64,000 nucleotides of DNA from the human T2T-CHM13v2.0 reference genome, Homo sapiens. The translations under genes and the position numbers were made by a program. The notes beneath the pieces are model-generated. The model was not told the origin of the DNA. It saw nothing but the letters and a program-made list of their open reading frames with translations, and ran no database searches. This document shows, piece by piece, positions 47,853 through 64,000 of the stretch. Each line of letters begins with the position of its first letter. Positions within the stretch are counted from its first letter, which is position 1. Where the stretch lies: NCBI RefSeq assembly GCF_009914755.1, contig NC_060929.1; one strand, 5' to 3'.

Positions 47853-48970
47853 CTTTAATAAAGAAAAGTGAAAAAAAAAAGCAACTTTAGGTATTTGATT
47901 ACAACAAAACCATAATCAAACAGAGTGGAGAAAGTGAGAGTGAGAGAGGGAGGGTTGGAGAGTGAGACAGAAATGGAACTTTTTTTGTTAATTTGTTACT
48001 ATTGTTTGTTTTGTTGAGTGGGAATAATTGTGAGTCCCCAATTATGTGCTTGTTTTGTCTTACAGGATTCTAATATTTTCCCTTTTCCTTCTTTTTCTTG
48101 GCACCACTCAGGTAGCAAAAAGTACTTGTTTCTTCCTATTTAACTTTTTTTTATCCACCAGAAGCTATGTATTTGGAACACTACCTTTTTAAATCTTACC
48201 TTTCCTTTAAAATCATTCTTAAAAATCAAGCACTGAGACCTTTATGACAAGCTTGGCCCCTTATGTTGCAGAACTGAAGCTTTTTATGGCATTTAATCCT
48301 TTCAATTACAAATATTTTGAAATCCCTTTCTTCTAGTCCCTTCTCCGAACTTTCAGATTTAGTGTGAATGTATCCTTCTAGTTATTATTCCAAATCACCC
48401 TTAGGACCCTTTGCTGTCTTCTGTCTTCTCTGCAATTTTTCTTCATCTGCCTTTGTTCACCATAAAGCCTTGCAGTGGGGAAGGTGATATTGGAAAGTCG
48501 AGGATTCTATGCTGGGATTTGTTATTATTCTCATTTTACTCATAATTATTTTGCAGTTTAAGCATACTTTGTCTTCAGTTAATGCTGAAGCCAGGGATTT
48601 GTGGAGAATTTTCATAGTTGTGAAGCTATTCTATCATTTAAGGAGGAGATTAGGGGAGGTTGATTAATACATAGACGCCATTGTCTTCTACTTCACACAC
48701 ATTTAAGACCCCCTCCAAACAGTCATTGTGGGAAAATGCTCACATCCACAGAAACCATAGTTTTGGAAGTGCTGGTTTTTCATGGGTGTTTCTGTTGCCA
48801 ACCAAGATCTGGTGAACAACTTCTTACAGACCTTGTTTCTCATAGGAATGTAGAGAATGTACACTGTCTTATTCACTGATGGGACAGCTCTTTGTCTACT
48901 GCTAGCATTATTAAGGAATAGAAATTCCAATTTTCCTAGGGTTGCAGTCTTGATTGTCATTACCCACTTA

Positions 48971-48974
<4 letters not shown>

Positions 48975-49023
<49 letters not shown>
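48975..49023. repeat. (AT)n microsatellite, about 24 units
   Basis: Perfect AT run. Confidence 0.95.
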
Positions 49024-49024
<1 letters not shown>

Positions 49025-49931
49025 GCATATGCTACACTCAGGGAGTTTCAATTCCAGATTGTCACTAGGGCTGCATGTTTCCTCATTGATTATAATAGTC
49101 AGGAGTTTTTTTCACTTTTGAACCCAGCTATGTATTCTAACTATATACATTATATTACATGTGATTATTACATATGTGTGTATAATTGTGTACCCGGAAG
49201 AGGTAGGGAAATCAACTAAAAAAACTATCAATTGGGAAAAACAATATAATGGTTATATATAAAATATAGAGCTTCCATTCACAATACTAACAAATGTATG
49301 AAATGCCTAGGAATAGGCTTAATGGAATATGTTCAATAAAGGAAATTATAAATCTTTATTGAAGGGTATAAAAGAAAAACAGAGAAAATAGTGTAACATA
49401 CCATATGTATAAAAAGATAACAGTCCTAATGTGGCCCACAAATTCAAGTAATTCAAATCAAAATGCTTTGATTAAAACCTGAGAGTATAAAATTTAGATT
49501 GAAGAGTCATTTTGCAAACATAGCCCCAATGTTGGATGAAAAACAATAATAAATGGGTACTTCTCTTACCAAATAGAAAACTATACAATAAAGCTTTAGT
49601 AACTAAAATATTGTAATATTGGCATGGGAATAGAAATGTTTGTCAGGGAATAGATTAAATGAGACAAGAAGGAAATCTATGGATACAGGTAACTTTAGTT
49701 TATGATGAATATGTGTTTTTTATTGATATTAAATACCATCATGATACATAAATGTCATCAGTGCAATTAGATATCCTGTTGAAGGAAAAAGAGAAGCTTG
49801 GCCCATGCCTCTTATATGCAAAAATAAACTGAAATTGAATGTTAAATATAAACATACAAACACATTTACAAAAGTACTGGAGAAAATATAGTCAAATATT
49901 TTAACAAGTTTATAGAGCATAAGAACTTCTT

Positions 49932-52268
<2,337 letters not shown>

Positions 52269-52544
52269 AGAACTTCTTACGCAAGAAAGAACATTCAAAG
52301 TTTACGGAAAGAAAAATATTGACATATTTGATGATAAAAAACTTTTAAAGTTTCTATAATATACCATATACAAAGTTTAAGGACAGATTGGGAGAAATTA
52401 TTTGTCATAGGTCTAGCAAACAATTAATATCCATAATAAGTGAAGAATTTTTATAAATCTATAAGAAATAATGAACCAATATAAAAATAAGACAGGAAAT
52501 AAGAAGCAAATTCAAAAAAATACAGAAGGTTAATATACATACTG

Positions 52545-53018
52545 AGTCCTAATAATACATTCTCTTTGAGTAATTTAATAAAAGGGACTGTTTAAGTGAC
52601 ATAAGGAAAGTTTAAAGAAATCTGTATGGGAAGAGATGGTATCCTGGGTCTTGCAACAGAAGAGAGCCATTACCACCTGAAAAGGTGCCTGAAGAGGCAA
52701 GAGGAGACAGAAGTTAAGTGAACTCTACAGGTGGTTGTATCAGAGGGTCATAAGACAAATGTAGCCTTTATTAAAGAGACACCACCAAGCCATTGAGATT
52801 CATCAGGAAAGGAAAGGAAAGAATAAATATCCAGATTTAAGTTTCCTGATGCTCTCAGATCTCTTGCCAGTGCTCTTCACAAGCCAAGCCTAAAACTAAG
52901 CTAGATGGTAAAGGAGACCATTGATGTTGTCTATAATAGGTCAACCGCTTTAGGTACAGAGCAGAGTGGAGAAAAGTAGGGAGTGGAACTATAGTAGCAA
53001 ACTGATGATATCCAACAC
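52545..53018 (-). mobile_element. LTR33-like ERV-L LTR (3' LTR of a relic provirus)
   Basis: On minus begins tgttggatatc after purine-rich aaaagtgatggattg; similar to 59800-60287. Confidence 0.7.
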
Positions 53019-53194
53019 AATCCATCACTTTTGTACCTCAGAATCTGCTAGTGCCCTTTGCTGGAAAAAAAAAATCTTGGGTGAGAAAATTCTTGAGATA
53101 ACTACACCAAATCCTGTTAGCTATTATACAATTATTGGGTTATAATAATTCAAATATATTTGCAACTGAAAACTAAAACACTGTTGTAGAAGAT

Positions 53195-53645
53195 GTTGTT
53201 AGTGTCCCATTTGTATTATGTCAGCTAGACATTCATCACTCCCATATATAACAAATGATTAACTTTGAATAGCAGGAACTTTATGCTTGGCCCAGTTCTC
53301 AGAGAGCAGGTCAGAAATACCTAGGGCTTAATAATAACCCCAGGAGCATCGCTTGACCAACAATTTCTAGGAGTTAGTGGATATATATATATATATATCT
53401 GGGATAACTCATATCTTACACTGTCCGCCAGAGTTCTCCAGTGGGATTGAGTCCTAGTTGCCCCAAGCAGTAAATTGCTCAATATAATGAACACTTTATT
53501 GTCTTCTTTAACTTCCCATGCTTATTTCCCCACTACCCTATCATGCTTCCTAGTATCATTTCTCAAATTAATAGTGTGCATTCATGTATTTATCTCAAAT
53601 TCTTTGTCTCAAGTACCTTGAGAGAAACGCATTATGTCTAAAACA
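53195..53645 (+). mobile_element. LTR16C-like ERV-L solo LTR
   Basis: ccagagttctccagtgggattgagtcctagttgcccc motif. Confidence 0.7.
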
Positions 53646-54081
53646 GTTACCATTACCAGGGATCATCATATAACCTAGAAGAATAAAAATTAGAAGAAAA
53701 CTAACACAAAACCTAGTTGCTACTGTCCCTGCATCATTAGTAGTGACAAGGTCTGAGTTTACCATCACATCTTCCTTCATTCACCATCTATCATATGAAT
53801 ACCTTACCCTCAGTTAGCACCTTGGTTGGAAAGAATACTTCACCTGGTGAGGTGACCCAAACTATCATTCCTATAAGATCTGAGCCTTAGTGGTATTTTC
53901 TTTAATGAGTTGAGGCAGTTATTCATTAAAGAGAACTACTGGACAATGTGAATACTAAGAATCAAGTAAATCCCCTGGATTTCAAACAAAGTTGTGCCTG
54001 TCTCTACTATACAGCAGAAACCCATTCCTCCCCCACCAGAAACTCAGAATATTCACATTATTTAGTATTGGGCTTCTCTTT

Positions 54082-55260
54082 TTCCTTTTTAACTTTTATT
54101 TTAAGTTCATGGGTATAAGCGCAGGATGTGGAGGTTTGTTAAATAAGTAAATGTGTGTCAGGGGTTTGTTTTACAGATTATTTCATCAACCAGGTATTAA
54201 GCCTAGTATTAATTAGATGCTTTTTCTGATCCTTTTCCTCCCCCCACCCTCTGCCCTCCAGTAGGCCACAGCTATTTTTCCTATCTATGTATCTATGTGT
54301 TCTCATCATTTAGCTCCCATTTATAAGAGAAAATATACGGTATTTGGTTTTCTATTCCTGCATTAGTTTACTAAGGATAATGGCCTCCGGCTCCATTCAT
54401 ATCCCTCCAAAGGACATGATCTTGTTCCTTTTTATGGCTGCATAGTATTCCCTGGTGTATATTTACCACATTTTCTTTGTCCAGTCTATCATTGATGGGC
54501 ATTTAGATCAATTCCATGTCTTTGCTATTGTGAATAATGCTGCAATGATCATATGTGTGCATGTGTCTTTATAACTGGATGATGTTTATCTTTGGTATAT
54601 ACCCAGTAATAGGATTGCTAGGCTGAATGGTATTTCAGTCTCTAGGTCTTTGAGGAATTACCGCACTGTCTTCCACAATGGTTGAACTAATTTATACTCC
54701 CACCAAGAGTGTAAAAGAGTTCCTTTTCTCCACAGCCTCACCAGCTTCTGTAATTTTTTGACTTCTTAATAGCCATTGTGACTTATGTGAAATAGTACCT
54801 CATTGCGGTTTTGATTTGCATTTCTCTAATGATTAGTGATGTTGAGACTTTTTTCATATGATTGTGGACCACATGTATGTCTTCTTTTGAGAAGTGTCTG
54901 TTCATGTCCTTTGCCTACTTTTTAATGGAGTTGTTTGTTTTTATTCTTGTAAATTTATATTCCTTATAGATGCTGGATATTAGACCTTAGTCAGATGCAT
55001 GTTTGTTAAAATTTTCTCCCATTCTGTAGGTTGTCTGTTTACTCTGTTGATAGTTTCTTTGGCTGTGCAGAAGCTCTTTAGTTTAATCAGATCTCAATCG
55101 TCAATTTTTGTTTTTGTTGCAATTGTTTTGGTGTCTTCATCATGAAATCTTTGCCCATGCCTATTCCTGAATGGTACAGCCTAGGTTTTCTTCTAGAGTT
55201 TTTGTAGCTTTGGGTTTTACATTTAAGTCTTTAATCCATCTTGAGTTGATTTTTGTATAT
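54082..55260 (-). mobile_element. L1PA13-16-like 3' end
   Basis: ttttaacttttattttaagttcatgggta... antisense 3'UTR and ORF2 C-terminus. Confidence 0.88.
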
Positions 55261-55302
55261 TGTGATTTTTACATATGATGTATATGAAGTTCTGATTTCT
55301 TT

Positions 55303-55490
55303 GTAAACCTCGTCTTTACCAAAAATACAAAAACATTATCCTGGTATAAGGATGCATGCCTGTAGTCCTAGCTACTCCAGAGGTGGGAGGATCACCTGAG
55401 TCCAGGAATTGAGGCTTTAGTAAGCTGTGATTATACCACTGCACTAGAGCCTGGGTGACAGAGTGAGAATCTCTTTAAAAAAAAAAATAA
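55303..55490 (+). mobile_element. Alu fragment (linker plus right arm, AluJ-like)
   Basis: aaacctcgtctttaccaaaaatacaaaaa...cctgggtgacagagtgaga, A-tail. Confidence 0.8.
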
Positions 55491-55499
55491 CAAAACTGG

Positions 55500-55700
55500 T
55501 GGCAGGCAAGAGATCTTGTGCAGGGGACCTCCCATTTATAAAACCATCAAATATCATGAGACTTATTCACTACATACGAGTACAGTATGAGGGAAACTGC
55601 CCCCACGATTCATTTATTTCCACTTGGCCCTGCCCTTATCATGTGGGGGTTATTACAATTGAAGGTGAGATTTGTGTAGGGACACAGCCAAACCGTATCA
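55500..55700 (-). mobile_element. THE1/MST (MaLR) LTR, 5' half
   Basis: Ends ggggacacagccaaaccgtatca-like, the reverse complement of the TGATATGGTTTGGCTGTGTCCC-type start. Confidence 0.85.
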
Positions 55701-59140
<3,440 letters not shown>

Positions 59141-59799
59141 TTTCTCCACGGTCATTTTTCACATGGGCCCATTAATGAAGACCTAGGTTGGTTTTTAAAA
59201 AAAGAGACAGAGGCTCACTGACATTAACAGGATTGGTCATACTGTTCGACTGACTTGAGAACCTTCCAAAGTAAATACCTTCTTCATGCACCCCTTCAGA
59301 GAGGTTCAATCACATGTTCTCCTTACCACCTATTTTCCAGTCTTGCTCTAAGTCTCTAACTACCCAAACAAGCTGAACATAAATCAATAGAGATTTATAC
59401 CTCAGGCCATCTCTCCTATATTAAGTGAACAACCTTAATACAGGACAGCCTGAAATTCTAACTGCTAGACGGGTTTCCTGTATCTTAGGGCCACTGTTTA
59501 GTGAAGCCATAATGTAGTGACCATTCCTTTCTGAACATTCACACGCTTAAATGTTTCCTTTTCTCTGGAAATATTCTCTAGCGTTGTTAAAAGAACCCAT
59601 ACAGCCCAGAATTCTTTAAAATTACTTTTGTCATTTGAATTAAATGCTACACCCGCTTAATTTCCTAAAGCCTTAATCCCAATCCACAACCTGTGATAAT
59701 TTTAATAACTGTGTCCAATTTATCCCTAGCAAGAATATCTGTGTACACAAACATTCAACATAGTTCTGGAACCCTATTGCTACTTCTGATACTACTTCT

Positions 59800-60287
59800 A
59801 ATATCACTCAGAATCCTGGTAGAAAATGTACAGTTAACTCACACTAGATCATTTGAAGAGTGATAAGGGAACTATTTTTAGTAATGTGGGCAGACTTCAG
59901 GAAAAATAACAAGGCACAGTATAACATTCTGGGGCTAGCTATAGTAGCAAGCTCTTATCACAGCCCTGAATGTCATTGGAATAGTGCTTAATAAATGTTG
60001 AGGGTATCCTGCTGATAGCCATGGCCTTCAGAAGAGAAATACAACCAATCTGGGTACAAGCCTTCAGGAAGAACCGAAAGAATAAATGCCGTAATCTTAA
60101 GCTTCCCCTGCCTTCTCATCTGCCAATGACTCTCAGTGGCAAAACCCAAGTGAAATCTAGATAGAGTACAGGGGAATACATTGAGGCTGTCAATACAGGT
60201 CAGCCTCCCTGAGCAGAGGAGGGTGGAGAAGATTTTAGAAAGATGAAGAGTAAATTTAGAGAGGCAAACAAAATATATTCAGCACAC
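59800..60287 (-). mobile_element. LTR33-like ERV-L LTR (5' LTR of a relic provirus)
   Basis: On minus starts tgtgctgaatata; followed by PBS-like agtagtatcagaagtagc; similar to 52545-53018. Confidence 0.7.
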
Positions 60288-60659
60288 AGCTTATTCCCTG
60301 AAAACTTATCTGTTTCCTTTTATGATATTTGTCTGGTAGTTACCAAAACGTTATACTAGCTGGGTAAGAACCCAAGTGAGTTGCCAGGGGAACTAGCAGG
60401 ATAGTTTCCAGGTAGTACCTGTAGCAATAAACAACCATGGAACTATTCTTCGTTATCTCAGTTTCTACTAGTTCTTCCTTCATATGAACTCAGAATTTCA
60501 GAAATGGAAGGTACACTTCTCTATTTTCTTAAAGTGGTAGGTATAGCTCCTTAATTAACTCCATCATCTCAACAAGAGAACAAGAAAAGTTGAGGAGGAG
60601 GTAATTGATGGTACTAGTTCCCAATATATAATTAAAATACAGCTTTAAAATATATATTT

Positions 60660-63610
60660 ATGTAACTGTAGAAAGGAAATAATAGAGATTACAGCAGAAA
60701 TACTGTAAATGAAATAGAGCCTGGAAAAACCATAGAGAAAATAAACAAAACAAAGAGATGGTTTTTTAAAAGAGATTAACAAAATTGACAAACCTTGGCC
60801 AGAGAAATTAAGAAAAAAGAGATAAGACTCAAATAACAAAAATCAGAAATGAGCGGAAGACTTTACAACTAAATGCCACAGAAGTAAGAAGAATCACAAG
60901 AAACTACTATGAATAATTATATCCCAACAAATTAGATAACTTAGAAGACATGGATACATTTCTAGAAACATTCAACCTACCAACACTAAATGATGAAGAA
61001 ACAAAGTATCTGAACAGACCTGTAACTAGTAAGGTGATTGAATCAGCCATCAAAAACCTCCCAACAGAGGAAAGCCTAGGGCCAGATAGCTTCACTGGAG
61101 AACCGTACCAAATATTTCAATAAGAATTAACAATAATCCTTCTCAAAATCCTCCAAGTAACTGAAGAGGAGGGAATACTTCAAATTCTTTCTATGTGGCC
61201 AACATACTCTAATACTGAACCTAGAAAAAGATACTACAAGAAAACTACAGACTAATATCTCTGATGAATACTGATGAAAAAAATCCTAATCAAAACACAA
61301 GCAAATTGAATGTAACAACATATTAAAGGGAATATACATCATAATCAAGTGGGATTTGTTTCTGGAATATAAAGATGGTTCAGCATATGAAAATAAATCA
61401 GTGTAATACACCACATTAACATAATAGAGAAAAACCACATGATCATGTCAATTGATTCAGAAAAAGCATCTGACAAAATTCAATGCCCTTTTAGGACAAA
61501 AACACTGAGAAAACTAGGAATACAAGGAAATTACACCTCAATATAGTAAAGGCCTTGTATTAAAAGCCTACAGTTAACATCATACTCAATGGTGAAAACC
61601 AGCAAGTTTTCTAAGATCAGGAACAAGTCCATAGTTTGTTCTCACCATGTTCGACATAGTACTGGAAGGTCCTAGCCAGAAAAATTGGGGAAGAAAAAGA
61701 AATAAAAGGCATCCAAATAGGAGAGGAAGAAGTAAAATTATCCCTGTTCTCAGATGACATGATCTTATATATAGAAAACCCTAAGGATCATACATACTTG
61801 CATACACATAACATATGTGTAACTATTAGAACTACTAAATGAATTTAGTAAAGTTGCAGGATGCAATATCAACACACAAATATCAGTTGTGTTTCCATAC
61901 ACTGACAATGAACAGTGTACAAGGAGGAGAAAGACTTGCGCATTGCAAACTATAAAACATTATTGAAAAAAATTAAAGACACAAATAGATGTAAAGCGAT
62001 CCCATGTTTATGGATTGAACATGATAATTAATATTAATATTCTTAGAATTAGAATATTGTTAAAATGTTTATACAACCCAAAGTGAAATACAGATTTAAT
62101 GCAATCCCTATCAAAATTCCAATGGCGTTTTTTACAAAAATAGAAAAAAAATCATGTGGAATCAGAAAAGACCCTGAACAGCCAAATCAATCTGCAAAAA
62201 GAAAAATAAAGTTGGAGGCATAACACTTCCTGATTTCAAATATATTGCAAAGCTACAGTCCTCAAAACAGTATGGTACTGGTATAAAGACCGACACACAG
62301 ACCAATGAAATAGAATAGAGAACCCAGAAATAAACCCTCATATATACGGTGAAATGATCTTTGACAAGGGTGCCAAGGCTACACAATGTGCAAAGAATTG
62401 TCTTCAAAAAACAGTGTTGGGAAAACTGGATATCCACATGCAAAAGAATGAAGTTGGAACCTTACCTTACACCATATACAAAAATTAACCCAAAATGGAT
62501 TAGACATCTAAACACAAGGCTTGAAACCATAAAGTTCCTAGAGGAAAGCATAGGGAGAATGCTTCATGCCATTGGATTTGACAATTATTTTTTGGATATT
62601 ACACCAAAAGCCCAGGCAGCAAACCAAAAACAGACAAATGCACTACATAGAACTTAAAAACTTTTTTGCAGTAAAGGAAACAATTGGCGAAGTGAAAAGG
62701 CAACCTGCAGAATGGGAGAAAACATTTGCAAACCATTATTGAAAAGAGGCTAATATGCAGAATATATGAAGAACTTCAACCCAATAGCAACAAAAAACAA
62801 TCTGATTTAAAAATGGCCAAAGGACTTGGATTGATAAAAGAAGGTATACAAATGGTGAAGAAGCATTGAAAAGATACTCAACACTACTAATAATCAGGGA
62901 AATGCAAATAAAAACCACAATAAGGTATCACCTTGGATCCATTAGGATGGTCACTATCAGAAAAACAAACAAACAAACAAACAGAAAAAACAAACAAAAC
63001 AGTATTGGTGAGGATGTGGAGAAATTGGAACCCTGTGCACTGCAGGAATGTAAAATGGTGCAGTCGTTATAAAAAACAGTATAAAAGTTTTTCGAAAAAA
63101 TAAAACTGGAAAAATAGACTTACCATATGATCTAGCAATCCAATTTCTGAGTATATATACAAAAGAATTGACAACAGGATCTCTGTGGGATATTTGTACA
63201 CCTGTATTAATTGCAGCATTATTCACAATAGTAAAGAGCTGGAAGCAACTTTAATGTCCATTGAAAAATGAATGAATAAAGCCAGTGTGGTATGTACAAT
63301 AATACAGTGGAGTATTATTCAGCCTTAAATGAAGAAGGATATCCTGTTATATGCTACAACATGCATGAAACTTCAAAATATTATTTAAAGTGAAATAAGC
63401 CAATCACAAAAAGAAAAATACTGCATGATTCCAGTTTTATAAGGTGTCTAAAATAGTCAGACTCTCAGAAAACAAAAGTAGAACAATGATTGCATTTTTG
63501 CAAGATGCAAAAATTCTAGATATATATTGAAAAACAATGTACACATAGTTAACAGTGCTGTACTATGCACTTAAAAATGTTTAAGATGTATATTTCAGAT
63601 GTATTTATAT
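60660..63610 (+). mobile_element. L1MB-like ORF2 and 3'UTR
   Basis: ctgttctcagatgacatgatc (LFSDDMI); 3' end tactatgcacttaaaaatgtttaagatg. Confidence 0.85.
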
Positions 63611-63762
63611 GTACAAATATGTGCATATGTCACATTTGCATATATTTTTTCTAAAACTATGGTTATTACAAATTAAATATATATATTTACTTGTAAGCTA
63701 TGGTAGCTATTTAGTAAGTATTTTATACAATGTAAACAAAAAAAGAAAAAATAATGCCTTAC

Positions 63763-63859
63763 TTTGTTGCAGAAGTAGTATTCTCAGGGACTTTAACTAG
63801 TGGTGCTCCTAGCACATAACCCAGAGCATATCCAATCATTGATGTACATTCTGCAATAC
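63763..63859 (-). CDS. SLCO6A1: SLCO6A1 coding exon (probably exon 4), 97 bp: (G)IAECTSMIGYALGYVLGAPLVKVPENTTSAT(N)
   Basis: ttttacag|GT...AA|gtaagg boundaries; 2+93+2 nt; ends in phase 2 and joins the next exon as AA+C=Asn; OATP TM5-like peptide. Confidence 0.95.
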
Positions 63860-63967
63860 CTGTAAAATAAGCACTGAAACTGAACATCAAACAATTTCAT
63901 AAGCCAGCTTCGTTATGATAAAAATTGACTGAAATTGATTACTTCTGAAAGCTTTTCATAGCATTCT

Positions 63968-64000
63968 GTATTAGTCAGAGCTCTCCAGAGAAACAAAATC
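63968..64000. mobile_element. Terminus of an MLT2-like LTR, cut by the window edge
   Basis: tgtattagtcagagctctccagagaaaca. Confidence 0.6.

Noticed and set aside
48748-48794. Imperfect hairpin cagaaaccat...atgggtgtttctg as a possible ncRNA
   Set aside because: Short bulged stem with no recognisable RNA family motifs.

Overview
Primate (most likely human) genomic DNA, AT-rich and dominated by interspersed repeats. The only host gene is SLCO6A1 (OATP6A1, testis-enriched organic anion transporter family member) on the minus strand. Six internal coding exons (probably exons 4-9; numbering is from memory) have canonical AG/GT boundaries and join into one continuous frame: 63763-63859, 47731-47852, 46457-46566, 26692-26836, 7901-8096, 1061-1214. 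The introns hold L1s of several ages, about 11 Alus, ERV/LTR relics, MER1A/MER3 DNA transposons and microsatellites. Almost all ORFs in the supplied track are repeat-derived. There is no prokaryote-type system. The most notable observations are: (1) a near full-length L1PA7/8-like element whose antisense side points into exon 8, with an open ORF0-like frame and a phase-compatible donor predicting an in-frame ORF0-SLCO6A1 fusion; (2) the same L1 lacks its 3'UTR and poly(A) yet has a TSD, suggesting internal priming; (3) an ERV-L-type provirus carrying a gamma-type env TM relic; (4) a fragmented two-LTR LTR33-like provirus; (5) a degenerate OATP signature motif; (6) a three-arm Alu and a tailless L1 fragment. 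Repeat subfamily names and most repeat boundaries are by-eye estimates.
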